From the IMG/VR virus record IMGVR_UViG_3300030419_003252, positions 20,544-84,543 of that record: DNA of 64,000 nucleotides. One strand, written 5' to 3'. A program made the translations under genes and the position numbers. This DNA is from a virus. The notes under the pieces were generated by a model. It saw only the letters and a program-made list of their open reading frames with translations. It was not told the DNA's origin and ran no database searches. Each line of letters opens with the position of its first letter. Position 1 is the first letter of the stretch. Below are positions 37,961 to 45,821 of the stretch, in pieces.

Positions 37961-37987
37961 TTGGGACTTACACCAAAGGATGCCCAA
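37961..37987 (-). promoter_or_regulatory. GUAAG bulged hairpin (family B, copy 3)
   Basis: TTGGG-CAT-CC-TTT-GG-TGTAAGT-CCCAA then U-tract. Confidence 0.75.
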
Positions 37988-37991
37988 TAGA

Positions 37992-38867
37992 TCAACGATT
38001 CTTGATAATATCTATAATATTTGTTCCATAAATTTCATCTCTTGGGATGATTGGTAACATTGGAGGAGTATTAGGAGACATAAACTTTTTAACTGCTTTA
38101 CCTTTCTTCCAATCGTTAAAGCACTTAATCTGTGAATTCAATTGGATCTGAGCAGCAAAACCACCATTACCTCTTCTTCTGAAAGAAGGATTACTTAATT
38201 GATTCCTAAAGGAAAGAATTGAAGATTCAGCAGGTAGGTTTGCACCAGTAGAAAGAAGAGTAAAGTATTCCATTATTTCTTCTACACGCCATTCATAATC
38301 ATCCGCTATTAGTGAGAATGTTAAAGCCGCACTCTTACTAAAGCATTTGAATTGCTTATGGCATTTAGTTAGAAATGGAAAGAATGTCTCAATAATTTCC
38401 TGTTTCGTATTCCAATATCTAACAATCTTGGCATGGTTAGGACCATTGGCAGATCCCCATCTAACTCTTGGGTTCTCTGTATAAGAGATATACATCTTAA
38501 TTGCTGCAGCTAACGTATTGTGATTTGCTGCACATCCTGAAAGAGTGAGCATATCACCAGCAGTACGAGTTGCACCAATATCAATAACTCCAAAGGTAGA
38601 TGGATCACAGTTAGTACCAAGAAGGATACGAACTGCTTTTCTAGCTTTAACTATGGCTGCCAAACGATGTTGTCCATCTAGCAGATTTCCTTCTGGATCT
38701 AAAGCAATACCTTGATTAGTAATTTTCCAGTCACCCGCTTCAATTGAACGGGTATACATCATTAGTTTTGATGTACGAATCTTACGATTCTTATTGTTAT
38801 TTTGTGTTAAGATTTTTTCTGCCCATTCGGGAGTCATTAACACAACTTCAAAGTGTGGATCAGGCAT
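37992..38867 (-). CDS. ParB-like / DGQHR-domain protein
   Basis: TPE.A..IL..N..NR, W....QGI, LLDGQHRL.AI, ID.G..R. Confidence 0.8.
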   Translation of the reverse strand: MPDPHFEVVLMTPEWAEKILTQNNNKNRKIRTSKLMMYTRSIEAGDWKITNQGIALDPEGNLLDGQHRLAAIVKARKAVRILLGTNCDPSTFGVIDIGATRTAGDMLTLSGCAANHNTLAAAIKMYISYTENPRVRWGSANGPNHAKIVRYWNTKQEIIETFFPFLTKCHKQFKCFSKSAALTFSLIADDYEWRVEEIMEYFTLLSTGANLPAESSILSFRNQLSNPSFRRRGNGGFAAQIQLNSQIKCFNDWKKGKAVKKFMSPNTPPMLPIIPRDEIYGTNIIDIIKNR

Positions 38868-38887
38868 GATTTGAATTGCGATTGAAT

Positions 38888-38925
38888 GTAATAAACAGTT
38901 TAAAGTCTTGCTTATTACTGGACTC
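38888..38925 (-). promoter_or_regulatory. H-type pseudoknot candidate (family C, copy 3)
   Basis: GAGTC/GACTT stem; loop GTAATAAGCA complementary to downstream TGTTTATTAC after TAAAC. Confidence 0.55.
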
Positions 38926-38930
38926 GTAAC

Positions 38931-39134
38931 TTAAAAGATTTTAATGTTACGTTTAGACACGCCTGTTCCGTCTAGTGCAATAGATGCACGAACACCAGAC
39001 TTTCTACCATTCAGTGTTAGACGCAGCGGTCCAAGTTTCAATGACTTGGACGCTGATTGCGGTCCTCTTTCTGTGACATTAACTCCGAAGATTGTTTTAT
39101 CGAAGTTGATGAAGGATCGTTTCCTTTTTGCCAT
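38931..39134 (-). CDS. DUF4236-like basic protein
   Basis: KSLKLGPLRL.L...SG...SI...GTG.S. Confidence 0.65.
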   Translation of the reverse strand: MAKRKRSFINFDKTIFGVNVTERGPQSASKSLKLGPLRLTLNGRKSGVRASIALDGTGVSKRNIKIF

Positions 39135-39349
39135 TGAGTTTTAGTTGATTTGGTTTTAATAGTGTAGCTCCGAGGCCGCCACTGTGGATCATTGTACTCG
39201 TTCACTTTTAACCTTCTGATGTGTTTGAGTTTAAGATTTAAGTTACAAAAGAATTCTGTATTCTTTTTACATAACGAGACTAAATGTTCCATTTCGACTA
39301 ATTCAATTAAGCAAGTAAGTTCTTCCTGATTTAAATTAGTCATAAAGAT

Positions 39350-39613
39350 TTAATCCTCAATGTTACCTTGTATCCTTGGACCAAATGTACGATCTATATG
39401 TTTATAAATCACACGATCTACATGTTGATGACGAAGCCCATTTGTTTCATCTTGAACTTCAAGAAAAACACGATCAGCTTCTTCTAAGGAGTTACAAGGA
39501 ATATAGCCTCGCCTAATTTCGTAAACGTTGATTCTCCAAGGACCTTTATCTTCTTTACTGTTTTGATACCAATTACTTAGGTAATCATGCTCATACCAGG
39601 TACTATCTTTCAT
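39350..39613 (-). CDS. Hypothetical protein
   Basis: Operon context. Confidence 0.55.
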   Translation of the reverse strand: MKDSTWYEHDYLSNWYQNSKEDKGPWRINVYEIRRGYIPCNSLEEADRVFLEVQDETNGLRHQHVDRVIYKHIDRTFGPRIQGNIED

Positions 39614-39698
39614 AATGGATGATTAGGATGTGAATTATTAATAAGTAGTCTTATTAATAAATAACAAATGAAAATAGAACATGCAACGAAAATGTAAC

Positions 39699-39926
39699 TC
39701 ATAGTTTTAATTGATTATCAAAAGCCATAGTAGATACATTTCCAGTTGCTTTACCTTTAACCCAATAAATCCATTGAGACATTCCTCTATCTACTTTTAC
39801 AATTTTGTAGGGTTTACCATGAATAAGGCTTGAGCCTTGATTGGTTGTTGCTGTAACAATGTCACCTACTTTAAACTTAGGTGCATCATCGGTGATGCCT
39901 ATACCTTTTAATTCAGTATTATCCAT
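39699..39926 (-). CDS. SH3/KOW-like small protein
   Basis: KFKVGD.V...G..YKI..V. Confidence 0.6.
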   Translation of the reverse strand: MDNTELKGIGITDDAPKFKVGDIVTATTNQGSSLIHGKPYKIVKVDRGMSQWIYWVKGKATGNVSTMAFDNQLKL

Positions 39927-40351
39927 TAGCTATGCACCGCAAGATGTTCTTTCGATGCTTTGCTATGCATTTCATCTAAGGTAATAGGTGGTTCACCAAC
40001 TAAACCCAATTCTTCATCAGTTGGATCAGGCCATGGGTCCCATTCCTTTTTAATCGCTTCAGTTATTACTTCATCACGATCCATTGAGAATGTAAGAACT
40101 CCAAGGTCTTCTAAGTATTCAGAAGCTCGATCTTCATCTTGTTGAGTACAATATTTGAGCGCATTATTTATACGTTCTACATCAGCATCATTCTTTTGCT
40201 TTTGCCATACATGATCAGTAAGGAGCAAAGCTTCTCTAAAGTATTCATCCTTTAGGTCAGGATCTGGAATGCCATGTGAAATAGTCGTTAACTTTTTAGA
40301 TAACGCTATACATAATTCTTTCCAGGCAGATTCAGATGTAAGTGATGTCAT
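39926..40351 (-). CDS. Hypothetical acidic protein
   Basis: C-terminal GEPPITLDEMH..A...H cyanophage motif. Confidence 0.65.
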   Translation of the reverse strand: MTSLTSESAWKELCIALSKKLTTISHGIPDPDLKDEYFREALLLTDHVWQKQKNDADVERINNALKYCTQQDEDRASEYLEDLGVLTFSMDRDEVITEAIKKEWDPWPDPTDEELGLVGEPPITLDEMHSKASKEHLAVHS

Positions 40352-40406
40352 AGGTAGGTAATAGAAATTACTTGGTTGTGGCTGTTAATCGGGGGTGTGG
40401 GGGAGA

Positions 40407-40553
40407 TTATTTACTCCCCTTTAATACACCCCATTTAATTCCTTTGCTTGAAAAATCTTTCCATTCTTTACGAATGTAATCAATTGCTACAAGTGTTAGA
40501 ACAATAATAGCTGTGATGATGTGTTCATCAATCAGAGTTTTCTTAGACATCAT
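40407..40553 (-). CDS. Small single-TM protein (48 aa)
   Basis: ATGA coupling; hydrophobic IITAIIVLTLVAI. Confidence 0.5.
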   Translation of the reverse strand: MMSKKTLIDEHIITAIIVLTLVAIDYIRKEWKDFSSKGIKWGVLKGSK

Positions 40554-40717
40554 GAGTTGCTCGGATAACGAGTACCAAAATTAATACCAATCCATTCTTG
40601 AATAGCTTGAGAACTAAGCTGTTCAATAGGAATATGATCATGCTTAGAGATAATCTCTAATTTGTCGTGGATTTCTTTTGGTACGACTACATTTTCGATC
40701 TTTAAATAATGATTCAT
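40550..40717 (-). CDS. Ribbon-helix-helix DNA-binding protein (55 aa, not in track)
   Basis: NVVVP-KEIHDKLEIISKHD-HIPIEQLSSQAIQEWI beta-alpha-alpha pattern; ATGA coupling at both ends. Confidence 0.6.
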   Translation of the reverse strand: MNHYLKIENVVVPKEIHDKLEIISKHDHIPIEQLSSQAIQEWIGINFGTRYPSNS

Positions 40718-41073
40718 GTCCAGTCTGAAGGTTCAGTCTCATACATCTCATCATTATTTTGCATCCAGTCAGGCAACATGTCATCTGTTACCTCTTGGTT
40801 GAAGTAACAATTCGTTTGCTCTGCTTGGATTTTCATTCGTTCCTCATATTTGTCTGCTTCATGGTCAAGAATGTCCATGTTGGCATCGACAAGGAACTGG
40901 GGATCTTCCTTACCTTTATTGGAATAACAAACATAATCCTCAAGGTTATGTTCTGGGAAATCAATCTTATAGTTATCAAGATTCTTTACACCAGGAGGAA
41001 GTGGTTCTTGCCAATACCAATCTTTTGGTTTCGGATGATCAGTGTGATACTCATCATCATGATTAATAGTCAT
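40714..41073 (-). CDS. Highly acidic hypothetical protein
   Basis: D/E-rich; ATGA coupling. Confidence 0.6.
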   Translation of the reverse strand: MTINHDDEYHTDHPKPKDWYWQEPLPPGVKNLDNYKIDFPEHNLEDYVCYSNKGKEDPQFLVDANMDILDHEADKYEERMKIQAEQTNCYFNQEVTDDMLPDWMQNNDEMYETEPSDWT

Positions 41074-41207
41074 AAGTTCTCCTGTTGGTTTTTAAGCCAC
41101 TTAAAGTAAGTGCTTCTTGTAGCACCTGCTTTCCCATACTTAAGGATAGAATCCTTTTTGCTGGAATTCGGCTTGCGAATCTTTGAAGCTTTCTTTGGAC
41201 GTGGCAT
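41070..41207 (-). CDS. Small basic protein (45 aa)
   Basis: MPRPKKASKIRK...; follows family-B hairpin. Confidence 0.55.
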   Translation of the reverse strand: MPRPKKASKIRKPNSSKKDSILKYGKAGATRSTYFKWLKNQQENL

Positions 41208-41220
41208 GTTTAAACAGCTC

Positions 41221-41257
41221 GACTGGGACTTACGCAAGATTAACTTGCAGCCCAGTC
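41221..41257 (-). promoter_or_regulatory. GUAAG bulged hairpin (family B, copy 4)
   Basis: GACTGGG-CT-GCAAG-TTAAT-CTTGC-GTAAGT-CCCAGTC. Confidence 0.8.
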
Positions 41258-41318
41258 TTTCTAAAGTTTATAGAGAATAATTACAGGTAAAATGGGTATA
41301 TAGATTTGTATAAAACGT

Positions 41319-42116
41319 GTGTTACTTCAGAGACTTGCAGGAACGACTCAAGGGATGAGTCCTATTACTAGTCTTAGAGATAGAAGATTAGTACCAAACA
41401 AATTTAGATATGTTCAGGACTTAATCCTTCCTGAAGCAGGAGGCACACGTTTAAGTAAGACAATCAATACACCAGAAGGTCCAATGATTGTTTCCATAGA
41501 TCATCATCAATCTATGGGTCTTGATCGAGGTATTCCTGAAGGTATAGCTTCAGATCTTCAAGACGTGTTTAGAAGAGATAGACATGCTTTAGTTACTGCT
41601 AATCAACCTTTGCTTAATGAAATTCAAGCTAAAGGTACAGGGGTTTCTGGTTTAGGAACTCTATCTTTTGGTTGGGACACAGAAGCAATGGGTCGTCAAG
41701 GATATGACCATTTACATGCACCTAGAAAGGGCATGGGTGCAGGTACAAGTCGAGGCTTATTAAACCAAGTTAAAGAGGTTTATCAAGATGACTTAATACC
41801 ACAAATGGTTGCAATGAATCCTGGTCAAACCATACTTCTAAGTAATGAACCAACCAGTTTACAAAGAGCTTCTCTTTACCAAAGAGCAGGTTTAATGGGA
41901 GGATTAGATCCAATTGGTATGCAGTATTCAATGGTGCAACCAACTGGTCAAATACAACCTATTCAACTCTTTGGAGGTCATTTACCTACTGCGATGACTA
42001 TTCCAGCAGCACAAGATATGGTACGTAAAGCCAAGCTATACAGTGAAGTTCCAGGACAAGAGGCTAAAGTCAAGAGCTTATATCAGAGAGCTGCTGCTTT
42101 AGGTTGGACTCCTTGA
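41319..42116 (+). CDS. Orphan + strand protein, possible GNAT-like acetyltransferase
   Basis: TAAAAT box upstream; RKGMG.G and LYQRAG segments resemble GNAT motifs A/B. Confidence 0.5.
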   Translation: MLLQRLAGTTQGMSPITSLRDRRLVPNKFRYVQDLILPEAGGTRLSKTINTPEGPMIVSIDHHQSMGLDRGIPEGIASDLQDVFRRDRHALVTANQPLLNEIQAKGTGVSGLGTLSFGWDTEAMGRQGYDHLHAPRKGMGAGTSRGLLNQVKEVYQDDLIPQMVAMNPGQTILLSNEPTSLQRASLYQRAGLMGGLDPIGMQYSMVQPTGQIQPIQLFGGHLPTAMTIPAAQDMVRKAKLYSEVPGQEAKVKSLYQRAAALGWTP

Positions 42117-42556
42117 ACTTGAGGCATAGATAAACTTGTTACTGTTACATACATCATCTCTGGTAGTTTCTCTGGATAAAAGTCTGCTAATACAGGACAT
42201 AACCAGATGAAACTCTCTTCTGGTTGTAGGAAGTCTTCTAACTGTAGGTAATCAAGACAATGATAAATAGATCCACCAAGTTCATCTTTAGGTAGATGAC
42301 ACTTGAGTCTTAAATCATAATCTGTTTCGTATTCTTCAGTAGAGAATTCAACTTTGATCAATCCATCTTGAATCTTCTTAATATGTTCTTCACCATACTT
42401 CTGTTTAAGTAAGGCATTTACTAGCTTTGTTGCTGAGTGCAATAGTGGTTCATCTTCTATGCAACTTCCATTAGGAAACTCATAGTCGAAGCACCAAAGT
42501 TTCTGGTCATCTTGTCCTAATTGATTCTGGATGTAATGACAGGTGATTGTAAACAT
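42083..42556 (-). CDS. Hypothetical protein (WLCPVL..F....P...YV family)
   Basis: W.FD......DEP and C-terminal WLCP motif. Confidence 0.65.
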   Translation of the reverse strand: MFTITCHYIQNQLGQDDQKLWCFDYEFPNGSCIEDEPLLHSATKLVNALLKQKYGEEHIKKIQDGLIKVEFSTEEYETDYDLRLKCHLPKDELGGSIYHCLDYLQLEDFLQPEESFIWLCPVLADFYPEKLPEMMYVTVTSLSMPQVQGVQPKAAAL

Positions 42557-42578
42557 AGAGTTGAGTTGAGGTTAATAA

Positions 42579-42660
42579 TGGGACTTACATAGATGTTATG
42601 GTTATGCAGACCTATGTTCTCTTGGCCCCTTAATTCCAAGAGAAATACATCTATTGCCCA
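42579..42660 (-). promoter_or_regulatory. GUAAG bulged hairpin with branched insertion (family B, copy 5)
   Basis: TGGG-CA-ATAGATGT[TTCTCTTGG/CCAAGAGAA arm]ACATCTAT-GTAAGT-CCCA. Confidence 0.75.
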
Positions 42661-42676
42661 GCTTCGCTGCTAGACG

Positions 42677-42937
42677 TTACTCTTTCCCATTGGTGATGGG
42701 TGCAGCGGTGGGGGTTTGGGGTACTAGAGATAAACGATTTTGACCGTGGCGAGAGACTCGTCCACTATCAAATTTCACTTCGTAATACCAATGAACACGT
42801 CCAACTTTATTGGCCTGTGGTATAGCTTTAAGGACTTTCCCATAGTCCACTCGTGGTCCAGATGCTGTTCCACCTGTTCCTACTTTGACTACGGGATCTC
42901 CGAGCTTAAACTTTTGGCCAACTGTTGGATTTGTCAT
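42677..42937 (-). CDS. SH3/KOW-like small protein
   Basis: KFKLGD.V...G.V.......YEVKFD. Confidence 0.6.
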   Translation of the reverse strand: MTNPTVGQKFKLGDPVVKVGTGGTASGPRVDYGKVLKAIPQANKVGRVHWYYEVKFDSGRVSRHGQNRLSLVPQTPTAAPITNGKE

Positions 42938-43140
42938 TGATTGGGTTTCCTTCTCTTAATCTTTTTAATCAAGACCTTGGATTTGTCAAGCTTTGGTAGT
43001 CGTTCACCTTTTGGAAAGGTAAACTCCAAATTCTGGACAATTCCATCATGATAAGTCTTCTTAATAGAAAAGTATACACGATCATCTGTAGTAATTACAG
43101 TGACGTGATCAGGAGAAGTAATATCAATTTGTTCCTTCAT
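42934..43140 (-). CDS. Hypothetical protein
   Basis: Operon context. Confidence 0.55.
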   Translation of the reverse strand: MKEQIDITSPDHVTVITTDDRVYFSIKKTYHDGIVQNLEFTFPKGERLPKLDKSKVLIKKIKRRKPNQ

Positions 43141-43315
43141 CTTCTAGTATTGTTGGAATTTGATTGAGACTTGAGCCGTCCCAATCGTGGTCTTCCAGGT
43201 ACTCAAGCCTTGCAGCATCGAGTGCCTTGTTGAGCTTGTACTCTTCATAAGCTTGTTCAGCTAGTTCGTCACGCTCTTCTTTTCGCTGACGATCATATTC
43301 ACTCATAGTTGACAT
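43124..43315 (-). CDS. Hypothetical acidic protein
   Basis: Start MSTMSE after TTCAAATC leader. Confidence 0.6.
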   Translation of the reverse strand: MSTMSEYDRQRKEERDELAEQAYEEYKLNKALDAARLEYLEDHDWDGSSLNQIPTILEDEGTN

Positions 43316-43334
43316 GATTTGAATAGAAATAGGG

Positions 43335-43517
43335 TTAATAGCCAAGCTTGTCACAAAGAACTCTAAACTTGTCAGGGTTCTTTGCGATGTAGTTTGGGTT
43401 ATCACAATCACGTTGCAATACGAAACGCATTGAAGTGAGTGATGATAGGGGTAATATAACTGCTACTGAAAGCATAAAGATGCAAGCAGTCATAAAAATT
43501 TTAGTGTGATTTTCCAT
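43335..43517 (-). CDS. Small membrane/exported protein with Cys pair
   Basis: N-terminal TM, C...C. Confidence 0.55.
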   Translation of the reverse strand: MENHTKIFMTACIFMLSVAVILPLSSLTSMRFVLQRDCDNPNYIAKNPDKFRVLCDKLGY

Positions 43518-43584
43518 AGGATTAAATCAACAATAGAGGGAAAGAATCCCTCAGTCTGCCCCCGAAGGAGCAGAGGGAGAGAAT

Positions 43585-43839
43585 CTAGATGTGCTCTTCA
43601 AATATGCCATCAACCATGGATTGATAGTAGTAATTCTGCATTTCGGATTTCATATCCAAGAGTCTTGTTGTTGGAGGTAACTCTTTCGAGTCAATCCTCC
43701 TCCAAGTCTTAGAGAAATCACTGAAGAACTCAAGGTGTAACCAGAGTTGTTCAAATTTAGAATTAGGCTGCTTATCAATATTCCAGAAGACACGTTGATC
43801 TTCTTGGGGTTGGTAATAGCAGGATGTGAAGTGTTCCAT
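43585..43839 (-). CDS. Hypothetical protein
   Basis: Start MEHFTS directly after upstream stop. Confidence 0.55.
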   Translation of the reverse strand: MEHFTSCYYQPQEDQRVFWNIDKQPNSKFEQLWLHLEFFSDFSKTWRRIDSKELPPTTRLLDMKSEMQNYYYQSMVDGIFEEHI

Positions 43840-43840
43840 C

Positions 43841-44227
43841 TTAGAAAAGGATGCCCCAGATGAATACAACAGCGGCAAGCACAAGTGCAAAGTCACGCTC
43901 TTGTCTTAAATCATCAATTGTTTTGGCATCCTCAGCCTGTATTACACAAGCTTCATCAATGATGTCGGCTTTCAAGGATTTCTCAGTGATCTCCTGGATA
44001 GGTTCTACTGATACTTCCTTAGCTTTAGACACCTTGGGAGCTTGTATTTTCACAGGCTCTACAATCTTCTTAACTGCTTCTAACTCTTTGAGCTGTTGCT
44101 CTAGAGGAGTAGCAATTGCAAGTTGAGCTTGAAGGTCTTCCTTAGCTTGAGCAATTTCTGCTTCAATAGGATGAACAGCATGTTTTGCAACAGGGTTGTT
44201 CTTACGACTTCTAGTTCTTCGTGCCAT
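43841..44227 (-). CDS. Tail-anchored coiled-coil membrane protein
   Basis: Start MARRTR; coiled coil; C-terminal TM FALVLAAVVFIWGILF. Confidence 0.7.
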   Translation of the reverse strand: MARRTRSRKNNPVAKHAVHPIEAEIAQAKEDLQAQLAIATPLEQQLKELEAVKKIVEPVKIQAPKVSKAKEVSVEPIQEITEKSLKADIIDEACVIQAEDAKTIDDLRQERDFALVLAAVVFIWGILF

Positions 44228-44258
44228 AGGAATTGAATTGTAGTTGAGTAGTGTGGTC

Positions 44259-44334
44259 GGACTAGTTCCACTAATTAAAGTCCAATACGAGGGAGGGGAG
44301 TTGAACCCCTCCAAAGATGCCTACATCTCTCGGT
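44259..44334 (-). ncRNA. tRNA-mimic junction element U1 (family A)
   Basis: (AC)CGAG-[AGATG TAGG CATCT]-GGAGGGG TTCAACT CCCCTCC-CTCG-TATT-GGACT...TGGAA..AGTCC. Confidence 0.75.
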
Positions 44335-44758
44335 TAGCCATTGATACGCCAACATTGCCAGCGCAATCAGTAGCTATTGTTCCACCAGAAGCTTTCGCCT
44401 CTGCTGTCGCTTCAGCTAATTCACGTAGTTCTCTACTGATCTTTCCAAGACCATTATCGACTGAACGTGAAGAGGTGACAACAACCTGATACCTACCACG
44501 AGGTTCTCCAGTATTCTTGTCAGTCCAAGTGTTGTAGGAGTTACGTGTCGTTAAGGCAATGTTATCGCCTTTGTTGAAACGTTCGGAGATCTTCTTACCA
44601 TCGCCATTGAAAGCAATGACAGGTTGAGCGGATTCTCCGTCTCTAGAACCCATTGGGATGACACGGAATTCAGTGATGGCTACACCATCCTTTGGATAAC
44701 GTGTGGTGATGTCGGTCACGATGCGACCTACAAGAGTACCTTGGTTGAATACAGACAT
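44321..44758 (-). CDS. ssb: Early single-OB SSB-like protein lacking acidic tail
   Basis: NQ.TLVGRI..D...RY...G.A...F......F.........KG......YNTW.DK.TG..R. Confidence 0.75.
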   Translation of the reverse strand: MSVFNQGTLVGRIVTDITTRYPKDGVAITEFRVIPMGSRDGESAQPVIAFNGDGKKISERFNKGDNIALTTRNSYNTWTDKNTGEPRGRYQVVVTSSRSVDNGLGKISRELRELAEATAEAKASGGTIATDCAGNVGVSMANREM

Positions 44759-44781
44759 GAGCTGATTTGAATTGTGTGGCT

Positions 44782-44856
44782 GGACTAGTTCCACTGGTTA
44801 GAGTCCAATACCAAGCCAGGAGATTTGATCTCCCAGCATCACGCTTATGACTTGGT
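44782..44856 (-). ncRNA. tRNA-mimic junction element U2
   Basis: ACCAAG-[TCAT AAGC GTGA]-CTGGGAG ATCAAAT CTCCTGG-CTTGGT-ATT-GGACT...AGTCC. Confidence 0.75.
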
Positions 44857-45036
44857 TGGGTATCCAAAATCATCACAGAAGTTGAGATGATTCTGGTGTA
44901 AGTGTTCAGGCCAATCATGTGTAAGGCACTGATGAGCAGTAGCCTTATCAATTAGATGACCAATCACAGAGGGAATGCCTATAAAGAAAGCTGCCGTAGC
45001 AGCTACTGATAGAACAGCTTTATAAGGGGTAGGCAT
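44845..45036 (-). CDS. Small early membrane protein
   Basis: TM followed by QC.THDWP...H..H..FC cyanophage motif. Confidence 0.65.
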   Translation of the reverse strand: MPTPYKAVLSVAATAAFFIGIPSVIGHLIDKATAHQCLTHDWPEHLHQNHLNFCDDFGYPTKS

Positions 45037-45047
45037 GGTTAAAAAAA

Positions 45048-45110
45048 ACTACTCTCAGCGAGTAGTAATACCGAGGGAGGGGAATCGAACCCCTCCTTCA
45101 CCTTCTCGGT
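45048..45110 (-). ncRNA. tRNA-mimic junction element U3
   Basis: ACCGAG-AAGGTGAA-GGAGGGG TTCGATT CCCCTCC-CTCGGT-ATT-ACTACT CGCTGAG AGTAGT. Confidence 0.8.
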
Positions 45111-45274
45111 TAGTGAATCAACTTTGGATCAGATACAAGATTAGTGATCCATGCATCCCATTCCTCTGGGGAGAAATTATCTGCAACGATCTTTGGAAAA
45201 TCTTGTGCAATGAGTCCAAGATCCTTAAGGATTCTTGTGTCATGTTTAAATCTACGTTGATTTGAGTTAGCCAT
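45110..45274 (-). CDS. Small early protein (54 aa)
   Basis: Start MANSNQ after U4. Confidence 0.55.
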   Translation of the reverse strand: MANSNQRRFKHDTRILKDLGLIAQDFPKIVADNFSPEEWDAWITNLVSDPKLIH

Positions 45275-45286
45275 TGAGCTGAATAA

Positions 45287-45353
45287 ACCATCCTCAGTGG
45301 ATGGCAATGGATAAGGGAGGGATTGCACCTCCCACTAGCCTTACGCTTTATCC
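45287..45353 (-). ncRNA. tRNA-mimic junction element U4
   Basis: GGATAA-[AGC GTAAG GCT]-GGGAGG TGCAATC CCTCCC-TTATCC-ATT-GCCATC CACTGAG GATGGT. Confidence 0.8.
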
Positions 45354-45517
45354 TCTTCCTTAGCAGCAGGAAGTTGTGGTTCCGTGTAGATCATCTGGGC
45401 GATGCCTCTACGGAGATCTCTAGTAGCAGTTCTAATTTGCTTAGGGTTTTCAATGACATCACCTGTCATATGGAATCCTTTAGCAACTATGCTCTGTACT
45501 TTAGATAAGATCTTCAT
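45341..45517 (-). CDS. Small early protein (58 aa, not in track)
   Basis: MKILSKVQ...EEDKA; stop lies in the U4 small-arm loop. Confidence 0.6.
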   Translation of the reverse strand: MKILSKVQSIVAKGFHMTGDVIENPKQIRTATRDLRRGIAQMIYTEPQLPAAKEEDKA

Positions 45518-45527
45518 TGGTTTAATG

Positions 45528-45593
45528 ACTACTCTCAGTGAGTAGTAATGGCTATTGGGGGAGTTGCACCCCCCATGCCCCTAACGGGATAGC
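45528..45593 (-). ncRNA. tRNA-mimic junction element U5
   Basis: GCTAT-[CCC GTTAG GGG]-GGGGG TGCAACT CCCCC-A-ATAGC-CATT-ACTACT CACTGAG AGTAGT. Confidence 0.75.
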
Positions 45594-45796
45594 TTTAGGC
45601 GTATGCCTACGTCACATTTCTCTGCATATGCCCGTGTTGAAAAATCACCACTGAGCATTGCAATACGAGCGTTAACTTCGCCTAAGAAGGCAGCAGTACT
45701 GATATTAGAAATATCAGCTGAGTTAACGATGACGTTAAAACCGTTCAATAGGTTTCCAGCTGCTTGCCAGCATCTGTTCCAGAAGAGATCGGTCAT
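45581..45796 (-). CDS. Small early protein
   Basis: GGAG SD; stop in U5 small-arm loop. Confidence 0.6.
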   Translation of the reverse strand: MTDLFWNRCWQAAGNLLNGFNVIVNSADISNISTAAFLGEVNARIAMLSGDFSTRAYAEKCDVGIRLKLSR

Positions 45797-45821
45797 TGTT
45801 TGGATAACTCCAAAGGTGTGG

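Noticed and set aside
39635-39660. Perfect AT-rich palindrome TTATTAATAAG-TAGT-CTTATTAATAA
   Set aside because: Single copy, very low complexity, and lies within a probable 30-aa coupled ORF.
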